A stretch of 64,000 nucleotides of DNA from Oscillospiraceae bacterium. Lineage in GTDB: Bacteria > Bacillota > Clostridia > Oscillospirales > CAG-272. The notes under the pieces are model-generated. The model saw only the letters and a list, made by a program, of their open reading frames with translations, was not told the DNA's origin and searched no databases. The stretch covers positions 188-64,187 of the forward strand of contig SVQK01000128.1 in the NCBI GenBank assembly GCA_015065385.1, given 5' to 3'. This document shows positions 9,389 to 17,387 of the stretch, piece by piece. Positions within the stretch are counted from its first letter, which is position 1. Each line of letters starts with the position of its first letter. The translations under genes were made by a program, and so were the position numbers.

Positions 9389-12300
9389 TCAGCTGCGGTA
9401 CGATTCGAGCGCGTCAGCAGCCTCGTTCAGGTACGCCGCGATCTTGGTCAGGGCTTCGCTGCCGCCGAGACCTGACGCCGCCGCCCGGAGTCCTTCTACG
9501 GAAGGATTGCCGATGGCTTCGGAGGCCGCCTGCACAGCCGCGCTGCTCTTCGCGCCGTCGTCGAGGTCGTCGATCATCTCGGCCGCCTGATCCATACGCT
9601 TGGAGGCGAGGGTCTGACCGATCTCAAGGGTTTCGAGGTCGAACTCGGTTCTCTTACGGTTGATTTCCTTGTTGATCGTATTGATGTACGACAGGAGGGA
9701 GTCAACCGGGTCGGCGTGGTTGTTGTACGCGTTCAGGAACGCGAAGTTGGTATAACGGGCGAGGATGTAGGAGCCGGGATACTGCGTGATGGCGATGGTG
9801 GTATCCATCTGCTTCATCAGCTGGCCGTACTCACGGGAAGTCCAGGGCAGCTCCTCGAGGGCTTCCTGGTTTGCCGTCGCGTTCTTTGCGGCGGGACCGA
9901 GGATAGCGACCATTTCGTTGGAGTAGTCAACCTGATACTTGGTGTCGGTGTACCAGCACATGTACTCCCACGCGGCTTCGATATCCTTCACGCCGGACAT
10001 CATAACCAGAGCGGAGGTACCGGACATCGCGGTGTTATCGATCGTACCGTCGTCGCGAACGAATCCGGGCACGGGACCGAATTCCCAGAGGCCTGCAAGC
10101 TCGGTTGCGAAGATGATGATATTGTTATAGGAAGTGTAGGGCTGGATGCAGAGCGGCATTTCACCGGTTCTGAAACGGTTTGCGAAGTCGTACGCGGTGG
10201 GCAGCGAATACTGGGTGAACATGTTGCACATGGTCTCGAAGGCCTCGAGGGAGATATTCGCGTCGAGGTTGATTCTCATGCCGTCGTCCGCCCAGAGGTG
10301 ACCGCCCAGCTGGTACATGTACATCTGATAGTCCTGAGAGAGACCGATGGTCATGTTGTTGAACTGGAGCACCGGGATCAGGGAGAGGACTTCGTCCCAG
10401 GTCTTCGGAGGCTCAACGCCCAGCTCGGAGAGGATGTCGGTCCGGTAGAACATCATGTTCCAGGACTGCGTATCCGGCAGGCCGTAAACCTTGCCGTACA
10501 GCGTCAGCGGGATCATCGCCGCCTCGGTGAAGCGGGTCTTCACATCGTGGTAGTTGGCGAAGATGCTCTTCAGTTCGGCGTTGTCATGCTTCGTGATCTC
10601 GTCCTTGCCTTCGCCTTCATACGCTTCGGGGTTCACGGCGACGACGGCGGAACGGATCGCGTACTGGATCGGGTCAACGCCGGTGCCGGGCAGGGCGATA
10701 TCGGGTCCGACGCCCGCAAGCACGGAGGGCAGCAGGGTACCGCCGGCGACGAGCTTCAGGGACGCGTCGATGCCGGTGGTGGGACCGAAGTCGTTGTCCA
10801 TCAGGTTACGGCAGATCTGAGCCTGGTCGCGGTTCGCGGTGATCCAGACGTCAACCTTCCGCTCGGACTTCTGACCGTCGGTGGTGGCGCCGAGGGAGTT
10901 ATAGTCGGTGAAGAAGGAGGCAAAGAACTGTCTCAGCTCATACCAGAAGGCCTGGAAGAAGTTGGCTTCCGCCTTTGCCTTCGGAGCGCCGGCGGGCTGA
11001 ATGTCGATCCAGTCCAGCTCGAGCGGCTGGTTCTTGACGTCGGACACCCAGGAACCGAGGGTACCGATCTGGGACTTCAGCTGGCCGAGGTTCTTTGCGA
11101 TCTCGTCCTCGTCCGTACCCATCTTCCGGAGCAGTCTTGCGATCTGTTCCAACGTGGCGGAGTTGGAGGACTTGACGTTGGACATGTTCTCGATATAGGA
11201 GATAACGTCCGTCAGGTTAATGGACTGCACGACCATGTCGGTGACGACATCGGGAAGGACGCGTCCGAAACCGTAGTCGCGGTAGGAGTCCGGAGAAGCG
11301 CCGGTGAGCTTCAGGATGGAGAGGTAGTCGTTGTTGATGGAGTTCAGGATGGCGGCGACTTCTCTCACCACATTGCCCATTTCGCCGAGGGTGACCTCAA
11401 GGCGGATGGTGTGATGACCGGGCTCAAGGTAGAACTGGAAGGTATCCGCGCCGTCGTTGGCGGACTCGACCTGCCAGTTGGCGTCGTAGTTGAATTTAAG
11501 GTAGTTGGCTTCCTTAAACGGTACCTCGCCGTCCAGAAGGATCTTGCGGGAGGTGTACATACCCTGCAGTTCGTTCTGGCGGTAACGGAACACCACTTCG
11601 TACAGGCCCGCGGAGGTGACGTCGAATCCGTATTCGACCCACTGGGTGGCGGTCTGCCACTTCTCGGAACCGATGGTGTTCAGCTTGATGCGGGAGGCGT
11701 CCTGAGGCTCCGTGATAGCGGATTTACGGTCATAAATCGGATACACGGTAAAGTCGGAGGTTCTGTCCGGAGTTTCGGCGGCGATGTGGATCTTTTCCGC
11801 TGTGGCAGGGGACTTGCCCGCAATGTACTCTTCGTATGTGGGGAGCTCTTCGTAGGGGAAGAGGGTGATGTTCTGGATCACGACGTCTTCGCGGACCGCG
11901 GTCAGTGCGATCGTGTTGACGCCCTTTTCAAAGTAAAACTCAAAGGGTTCGGCGAAATAGCTGTTCGGGTCGATCAGCGTGTATTCCTGCCACTCGTGCT
12001 GGACGGAGCTCACCGGTCTCAGCTCGTTCCCGTTGGAGTCCACCTCAAAGCGTCCGTCCGTATAGGCGTTGGTCCAGATCTTCTTCAAGACAAGGTCGCG
12101 GACCTCGGCGAACGGGAGCACGCCGTTGATGTAGAAGCTGCGCTCGATGGAGTTCGTCTTGTTGGTGACGGAGCAATAGTCGAGCTTGATGGCGTAGCGG
12201 CCGTCAGCCGGAACGTTGATGCTCCAGGTCACGGTACCGTCGTCGGCGATTTTCAGGGAATCGCCGCTCTTTCCGTTGTAGTTCGAAACGACTTCGACTG

Positions 12301-12559
12301 CGGCGGTGGTGGCGGACTTGTCGTAATCCGTCGCCTTGATCGAAACGGTCCCCGATCCCTTGGGCGCGCTCGCGTATTCTTCGCGGTAATCGGCGTAGGA
12401 ATACGAGATCAGGGATTCGCTGATTTCCTGAAGCGTCGTCTTCTGAGGCGCGTCGCCTTCCACTTCTTCCGCGGCGTGGACGGCCGCAGGGAGAGTTGAG
12501 GCAAACGTGAGAAGCGACAGGGCCAGAGAAAGCAGCCGTTTGCTTGTGGATTTTCTCAT
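9389..12559 (-). CDS. Giant extracellular solute-binding protein with two N-terminal CBM-like beta-sandwich modules
   Basis: Start refined to MRKSTSKRLLSLALSLLTFASTLPAAVHA (ATG 12559, AGGAGGAAGG RBS). The ORF part upstream of it is Arg/Gly-rich and looks like junk. The N-terminal ~450 aa has CBM6/35-like repeats (DGRYAIKLDY..., AGLYEVVFRY...). The C-terminal ~500 aa is family-1 SBP-like. Confidence 0.8.
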   Translation of the reverse strand: MRKSTSKRLLSLALSLLTFASTLPAAVHAAEEVEGDAPQKTTLQEISESLISYSYADYREEYASAPKGSGTVSIKATDYDKSATTAAVEVVSNYNGKSGDSLKIADDGTVTWSINVPADGRYAIKLDYCSVTNKTNSIERSFYINGVLPFAEVRDLVLKKIWTNAYTDGRFEVDSNGNELRPVSSVQHEWQEYTLIDPNSYFAEPFEFYFEKGVNTIALTAVREDVVIQNITLFPYEELPTYEEYIAGKSPATAEKIHIAAETPDRTSDFTVYPIYDRKSAITEPQDASRIKLNTIGSEKWQTATQWVEYGFDVTSAGLYEVVFRYRQNELQGMYTSRKILLDGEVPFKEANYLKFNYDANWQVESANDGADTFQFYLEPGHHTIRLEVTLGEMGNVVREVAAILNSINNDYLSILKLTGASPDSYRDYGFGRVLPDVVTDMVVQSINLTDVISYIENMSNVKSSNSATLEQIARLLRKMGTDEDEIAKNLGQLKSQIGTLGSWVSDVKNQPLELDWIDIQPAGAPKAKAEANFFQAFWYELRQFFASFFTDYNSLGATTDGQKSERKVDVWITANRDQAQICRNLMDNDFGPTTGIDASLKLVAGGTLLPSVLAGVGPDIALPGTGVDPIQYAIRSAVVAVNPEAYEGEGKDEITKHDNAELKSIFANYHDVKTRFTEAAMIPLTLYGKVYGLPDTQSWNMMFYRTDILSELGVEPPKTWDEVLSLIPVLQFNNMTIGLSQDYQMYMYQLGGHLWADDGMRINLDANISLEAFETMCNMFTQYSLPTAYDFANRFRTGEMPLCIQPYTSYNNIIIFATELAGLWEFGPVPGFVRDDGTIDNTAMSGTSALVMMSGVKDIEAAWEYMCWYTDTKYQVDYSNEMVAILGPAAKNATANQEALEELPWTSREYGQLMKQMDTTIAITQYPGSYILARYTNFAFLNAYNNHADPVDSLLSYINTINKEINRKRTEFDLETLEIGQTLASKRMDQAAEMIDDLDDGAKSSAAVQAASEAIGNPSVEGLRAAASGLGGSEALTKIAAYLNEAADALESYRS

Positions 12560-12812
12560 AGAACCTTCCTCCTGCAAAATTCTGGGCGGAATCCGCTGAC
12601 CGACGGACCGCCCGTCCCCGTACCGGGGGGCAGAATGGCCTTCATGCGGTGTGCTTCTCCCCTGAAGGGCAGCTGTTCCGCCGTCCGGCACGTTATTCGG
12701 AGACCCGTTTGACAGCAACCCTGCCAACTTGAACGGCAAACGCCGCGGATTTCTGTCAAAGAGTCCCCGCAGATCGGCAGAGGTTCCCCTCTTCCGATTT
12801 GTATATGGCCAT

Positions 12813-12841
12813 ATCATAGCATAATAACCCAAAAAAGTCAA
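12813..12841 (-). promoter_or_regulatory. Promoter of the ABC operon (proximal)
   Basis: The minus strand reads TTGACT, a 17-nt spacer, then TGcTATGAT. This leaves a ~250-nt structured leader before the ATG at 12559. Confidence 0.6.
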
Positions 12842-13353
12842 GCGTGAACGCCGCACACTTGTGAAACCTGAATCCCGCGGGACGACCTTCCCCGCCCCGC
12901 CGTTTTCCGCCCCGTCCGGATTCCGATGGGCAGGGTCCCGTTTTCCCCCGGATCCACCTCCGCAGCACCGACCGTGCGTAATTTATTTTCACGCGTCTTG
13001 TTGCTTTTACGAAACTTTTTACTGGCAATTTGTTTCTTTTTCGCAATTTTCAGCATCGTATTCGGAAACGGAAACGGGAAAAGTAAATTTCTGTTACGGT
13101 TACGGTTGTCGCTCCCCTGAAAGAAATGTGTTGGGGCGGTGAAGGCGGAACGGGTGCTTTTGTGGTTTTTCAACAATTTTTCGTCTGTTTTTTCTATATA
13201 TAAGCAAGTTGCACAAAGTTTCGGGAGAGGGGATTTCCGCGCCTCCGGGGAGAGCGTTTTCACACTCCGCGCGCTGGTTCCATGGGAGGCGGGCGGCTGA
13301 CTCCCCCTTTCCCCCGATCTCCAGGAAAGACCGGTCTGATCTGCTTTCCTATT

Positions 13354-13382
13354 ATTATATTCCTTCTTCCCCCTTCCGTCAA
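13354..13382 (-). promoter_or_regulatory. Distal promoter firing into the long non-coding region upstream of the ABC operon
   Basis: The minus strand reads TTGACG, a 17-nt spacer, then TATAAT. It sits directly downstream of the terminator at 13396-13441. Confidence 0.5.
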
Positions 13383-13395
13383 GCGGAATGCAGCG

Positions 13396-13441
13396 AAAAA
13401 AGGACGCAAGTCCCGCGCTTCACAGCCTTGGGACCGCGTCC
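13396..13441 (-). terminator. Intrinsic terminator of the 13533-15107 gene
   Basis: Nested hairpin GGACGC..GTCCC....GGGAC.GCGTCC, followed on the minus strand by TTTTTT (A-run 13396-13401). Confidence 0.65.
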
Positions 13442-13532
13442 GATTTGATTTCTGTTCTTTAATACCGTCTGATTCTGCCGACGAGCCGAGTCGGGCTTCC
13501 GCTCGCTGCCAAATGAGGGACACAGGGGGCGA

Positions 13533-15107
13533 TCAGCCTCTTCCGCCTCCGCCCCAGAATCCGCCGAAGCCTCCGAAGCCTCCGCCGAACCCGCCGCCGA
13601 AGCCACCTCCGTGTCCGAATCCGCCGCCCATCATGGACTGGGGGATTTCGTCCACTTCCACGCCGTTGACGATGATCGTGCCGCCGTTATAGGCCGCGGA
13701 TCCGTCGTAATCGAAGGAGGACATGCCCGCCGTGACGATGATCGTGCCGCCGTTGACGGTGATATCGCCGTTGGAGTCGATGCCGTCCGTATCGCCGGGG
13801 CCGACTTCCACGGTCAGGTCGCCGCCGTTGATCTCGATCATGGGCCTGCTGTACGCGCTGCTCTTCCGGCTCGCGTTGATCCCGTCGTCGGAGGCGTACA
13901 TGCCGATCGTGCCGCCGTTGATCTGAACGAAGGTCCCTTCGATCCCCTCGGAGGCGCTGATGTTCAGGATTCCGTCGTCGATCTGCACGAAGGTGGTCCC
14001 CTGAATCGCGTCGGACTTCGCGTTGATCGTCCATGTGCCTCCGCCGATCCAGATCCAGCCGAGGGTGTCGTCGTCGTCGTTCTCGCAGTGGAGGCCGTCT
14101 TTGGAGGAGGTGATATCGAACGTCCCGGCGCAGGCGGCGATCGAATCGTTGGCCTCCATGGAATCGAGCGCGGAGACGATCGTCCACGACCCGCCCGTGA
14201 TCTTGAGATCGTCCTTCGCCGTGATGCCGTTGCCGTACGCGGACGAAACGGTCAGGCTCCCGAGGCCGTTCAAGACGAGATCGTCCTTCGAGAAGATCAC
14301 GGCGTCGGTGTTGACCCCGTTTTCCGCATCCTTTGCAAAGGCGCCCGTGACCGCGAGGGTGTTCTCCGTTCCCGCGGCGGTGGTGACGAACACCTTGTCC
14401 GCCGAGAGCACATAGATCGCCGGGAAACTGCTGTTCGTGACGCTGACGCCCGCCAGCACGAGCTGAACCTTCTCTTCCCCGTCCGCATTGATCCGCACGG
14501 TGCAGTCCGACGCGGTCCCGGAGAGGACATAAACGCCCGCCTGATTGAGTTCGATCACGGCGTTGTCGGAGAGCGCCACGGCGGAGGCCTCGGAAAGATC
14601 GGCGGTCTGGGTGAGATCCCGCTCGGTGAAGATCTCGACGCCGGTTAGGTTGCCGTACGCGTAAGTGCTGTATTCCGCGGTCACAGCGGTCGTATTCCCC
14701 TGCTTGAGAGAGGAAAGCGCCGCAGCTGCCGCAGCTTCATTCTCCGCCGATACGCTTCCGCCCCGCTCCAATTCTGTATCGGAGTTCGAATCATCGTCAG
14801 CCGCGTCGGGAGCCGGAGCTGCCTGAGTCGGGCCGTCTTCCTTCGGCGCGTTCTCCTCGTTGTCCTCGTCAGCGCTGTTCCGCCCGTTCTCATAGGCGGA
14901 GATGATTTCTTCAAAGGTCCTGCGTTCGGTTTCCGCGATATCCTCATACGACGCGGGTTCGGTTTCGACCACGGACGTCCCGTTTTCCACGGATCCCGCT
15001 CTTGTTTCAGAGGCGGTCCGCAGTCCCAGCGCGGCGCATCCGGTGCTTGCAAGCGTGAGGGCGGCCGCCATGAAAACCGCCGCGGCCTTTCTGATTTCGT
15101 TCTTCAT
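13533..15107 (-). CDS. Lipoprotein with a beta-helix carbohydrate-binding domain (Cthe_2159-like) and a Gly/Phe-rich C-terminal tail
   Basis: Lipobox LASTGC, then an acidic linker. Repetitive beta-helix-like turns follow (LVLNGLGSLTVSS..GNGITAKDDLKITGGSWTI...). The tail is GGGFGHGGGFGGGFGGGFGGFGGFWGGGGRG. Confidence 0.65.
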   Translation of the reverse strand: MKNEIRKAAAVFMAAALTLASTGCAALGLRTASETRAGSVENGTSVVETEPASYEDIAETERRTFEEIISAYENGRNSADEDNEENAPKEDGPTQAAPAPDAADDDSNSDTELERGGSVSAENEAAAAAALSSLKQGNTTAVTAEYSTYAYGNLTGVEIFTERDLTQTADLSEASAVALSDNAVIELNQAGVYVLSGTASDCTVRINADGEEKVQLVLAGVSVTNSSFPAIYVLSADKVFVTTAAGTENTLAVTGAFAKDAENGVNTDAVIFSKDDLVLNGLGSLTVSSAYGNGITAKDDLKITGGSWTIVSALDSMEANDSIAACAGTFDITSSKDGLHCENDDDDTLGWIWIGGGTWTINAKSDAIQGTTFVQIDDGILNISASEGIEGTFVQINGGTIGMYASDDGINASRKSSAYSRPMIEINGGDLTVEVGPGDTDGIDSNGDITVNGGTIIVTAGMSSFDYDGSAAYNGGTIIVNGVEVDEIPQSMMGGGFGHGGGFGGGFGGGFGGFGGFWGGGGRG

Positions 15108-15341
15108 TGATTCCGGCTCCTTTCGCTGTGCCGCGTGTTCTGTCTTCTGTATTCCGTATTCCGTCTTCTGCCTTCTGTCTTTTCACGGCTCCATTATACC
15201 CCCCTTCCCTGTTGGCTTCTCGTCCGGAATGTGACGGTTTTCCGAAAAAACGGTGATTCGGAATTGATGAACGCGGCGTGAATTTCCGGCAAATTGACCG
15301 TTCCGGTCCTCCGAAACCGCCGATCTTCTCCAATCCGACAC

Positions 15342-15370
15342 TTGACAGCCTCTCCGGTTTGGTGTATGAT
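15342..15370 (+). promoter_or_regulatory. Promoter of the orphan SBP gene
   Basis: TTGACA (15342-15347), a 17-nt spacer, then TATGAT (15365-15370). Confidence 0.6.
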
Positions 15371-15414
15371 TGTGTACAGTCTACTCAATTTATTGAATGG
15401 AAAGGTTTTTCCCC

Positions 15415-16914
15415 ATGAAAAAGGCAGTATCCCTTCTCCTCTGTCTGTGCATGCTCCTGCCCGCCTTCGCAGGATGCTCCGAGAGCAAGGAGAACACCGA
15501 CGAAACAACGCCCGCGCCCACAACGACGACTCCCTCCGGCAGCGCGGAAGGCGGCGAAGAGGAAACGGAGGATTCCCGCTTCTACGCCAACATTCCCGAA
15601 GGCACCGATTACGGCGGAGCGACCTTCACCGTCCTCACCTATCCGAACACCAGCGACATCTGGGGCGACGTGGACTGGAGCGCGGAGGAAGTCACCGGTG
15701 AAGTCCTCAACGACGCGGTGTACAACAGAATGCAGTATGTGAACGACCTTCTGAACGTGAACGTGACGCCCGCCTACATGACCGGCTCCGGCGACACCAC
15801 CACCCTGACCAATTCCGTCAACGCGGGAGACGGCGCGTATCAGATCGGTACGCTGGCTATGCAGAACTCCTTCACCATGGCGCAGAACGGCGTGATTCAC
15901 GAGCTGAACGCCTTCTCGAAAAACGGCACGCTGGATCTGGCCGCGCCGTGGTGGGACCCGAACATCCTCGGCGACCTCTCCATCATGGGCATGAACTTCG
16001 CCCTGACCGGCGATATCGGCACCATGTACAAGAAATCCATCGGCGTGATCATGTTCAACAAAGTGATCCTCCGCGACTATCAGCTGGACAACCCCTACGA
16101 CGTCATGCGCGAGGGCGGCTGGACCATTGACAAAATGGTGGAAATGGGCACGCAGGTGTCCAAAGACCTCGACGGCGACGGCAGCATGACGCAGGAAGAC
16201 CGCTTCGGCCTGATCTGCTTCTGCGACATGATCGCGCTGGCCATGATCGGCTGCGACGTGGACTTCTGCACCAAGAACGCGGACGACATTCCGGAAAACA
16301 CCTTCATGAGCGAGCGCGCCGTCTCCGTGGTGGAAAAGCTCTCCACCCTCATGTACGACCCGCTGATCACCTACTCCTGGTCCCGCGCGGGCGTCGGCGA
16401 ACAGCCTGCCTTCACGATGTACCAGAGCGACAAGGCCCTGTTCTACTACGGCGAGCTCCACGCGGTCGCCACGATGCGCGATATGGAATCCGACTTCGGC
16501 ATCATGCCCATGCCCAAGTTCGAAGAGGCCCAGAACGGCTATCACCACTGCGTGAACCCGAACGTCTGCGCGACCATCGTGATCCCGAAGGACAATACGC
16601 AGTACGAGATGACCGGTTACGTCACGGACGCGCTGGGAGCCGCCTCCAAGAACCTGCTGACGCCCGCCTACTACGACGTCAACCTGAAAGGCAAGGTCTC
16701 CCGCGACGAGGAGTCCACGCAGTCCCTCGACATCATCATCTCCTCCATCAAGTACGACATCGGCTATCTGGCCGGTCTCGGCATCTCTTCCATGCTCTAC
16801 AGCATGGCGGACAGCTACAACACCGACCTCGCCTCCCAGTACCAGCGGCAGACCAAGGTGGTCACGAAGACCTTGGACAAGCTGGTTTCGAAGTTCGAAG
16901 GTCTTGCCAACTGA
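15415..16914 (+). CDS. ABC transporter substrate-binding lipoprotein (orphan; paralog of 56252-57721)
   Basis: MKKAVSLLLCLCMLLPAFAGCSE has a lipobox. It shares motifs with the 56-kb paralog (E.TG.V.NDAVYNR, SV.AGD, PWW). No adjacent permease genes. Confidence 0.8.
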   Translation: MKKAVSLLLCLCMLLPAFAGCSESKENTDETTPAPTTTTPSGSAEGGEEETEDSRFYANIPEGTDYGGATFTVLTYPNTSDIWGDVDWSAEEVTGEVLNDAVYNRMQYVNDLLNVNVTPAYMTGSGDTTTLTNSVNAGDGAYQIGTLAMQNSFTMAQNGVIHELNAFSKNGTLDLAAPWWDPNILGDLSIMGMNFALTGDIGTMYKKSIGVIMFNKVILRDYQLDNPYDVMREGGWTIDKMVEMGTQVSKDLDGDGSMTQEDRFGLICFCDMIALAMIGCDVDFCTKNADDIPENTFMSERAVSVVEKLSTLMYDPLITYSWSRAGVGEQPAFTMYQSDKALFYYGELHAVATMRDMESDFGIMPMPKFEEAQNGYHHCVNPNVCATIVIPKDNTQYEMTGYVTDALGAASKNLLTPAYYDVNLKGKVSRDEESTQSLDIIISSIKYDIGYLAGLGISSMLYSMADSYNTDLASQYQRQTKVVTKTLDKLVSKFEGLAN

Positions 16915-16944
16915 ATGATTCCGGCGTATAACCGGACGCGCGAA

Positions 16945-16977
16945 AAGGGGTTCTTCCGAAAGAAGGCCCCTTTTTCT
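16945..16977 (+). terminator. Intrinsic terminator after the SBP gene
   Basis: AAGGGGttCTTC-cgaaa-GAAGgCCCCTT followed by TTTTTC. Confidence 0.65.
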
Positions 16978-17006
16978 CATCCCGTCCGGATCCCGCGGAC
17001 TTCCGA

Positions 17007-17035
17007 TTGCATTCCCTCCCCCGCTGTGGTATAAT
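17007..17035 (+). promoter_or_regulatory. Promoter of the 17388 gene, giving a ~350-nt leader
   Basis: TTGCAT (17007-17012), a 17-nt spacer, then TATAAT (17030-17035). Confidence 0.6.
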
Positions 17036-17166
17036 GACGCCGGAGCCGCGGGAGCGAACAACAGCCTTCCCTTCTGCGGTGAATAATACAAGTCATACTA
17101 TTCACAGTCAAAAAGCAAAACTTCATGGGTTTTGATCGCTCCATGTAGGGTGCGAATCGCCGTGCG

Positions 17167-17182
17167 GCTCAACTTGTTGAGC
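17167..17182. promoter_or_regulatory. Perfect 16-bp palindrome GCTCAACTTGTTGAGC (site 1), candidate operator
   Basis: An identical copy lies 138 bp downstream at 17305-17320. Both are in the leader of the 17388 gene. Confidence 0.4.
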
Positions 17183-17304
17183 GGATGGGCATCGCGTGCG
17201 ATAACTCTGATAAGGTTGGATGACTATATTGGTATGCCGAAGCCCCAGCTTCACTTGATTGGTATAATCTATCCTTTGTCTCCTTCCCCATGAAGTTCTT
17301 TGCT

Positions 17305-17320
17305 GCTCAACTTGTTGAGC
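17305..17320. promoter_or_regulatory. Perfect 16-bp palindrome GCTCAACTTGTTGAGC (site 2), candidate operator
   Basis: Identical to 17167-17182. It lies 68 nt upstream of the ATG at 17388. Confidence 0.4.
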
Positions 17321-17387
17321 GAGCTTTCATCCGAAAGAAAGCCGCGTTTCCCTTTTGCTTGAGATTAGTATCAACCGGGAGGATGCC

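Larger units (their letters stand above)
17094..17373 (+). repeat. Short (~280 nt) AT-rich MITE-like element or structured leader; distant relative of the 22603 and 46189 repeats
   Basis: It starts TCATACTA and ends TAGTATCA, an imperfect terminal inverted repeat (7 of 8). Its last 39 nt recur at 1-40. AT content is far above the surrounding sequence. Confidence 0.45.

Noticed and set aside
12801-12818. The ATATGGCCATAT palindrome at the ABC-operon promoter, which shares a 9-mer with the GCCATATGGCC palindrome of the repeat family.
   Set aside because: Only about 9 nt are shared, and the contexts differ. This is insufficient to claim a common binding site.
9389-12856. N-terminal extensions of track ORFs: 9389-12856, 21805-22605, 22943-23404, 25803-26192, 26275-27423, 27287-28204, 27918-30026, 30045-31211, 34900-35976, 44259-45008, 48580-49563, 51595-52611, 62582-63628.
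   Set aside because: In each case an internal ATG or GTG has a GGAGG-like RBS and begins the recognisable protein (a signal peptide or a family N-terminal motif). The upstream part is Arg/Gly-rich junk, or overlaps the neighbouring gene or promoter.
12556-13692. Short ORFs in the long intergenic region (12756-13046, 12838-13263, 12861-13142, 13209-13448, 13260-13523, 13282-13692).
   Set aside because: Their translations are Arg/Pro/Gly- or Lys/Asn-rich with no domain-like pattern. They overlap one another and overlap a promoter and a terminator. None has a convincing RBS.
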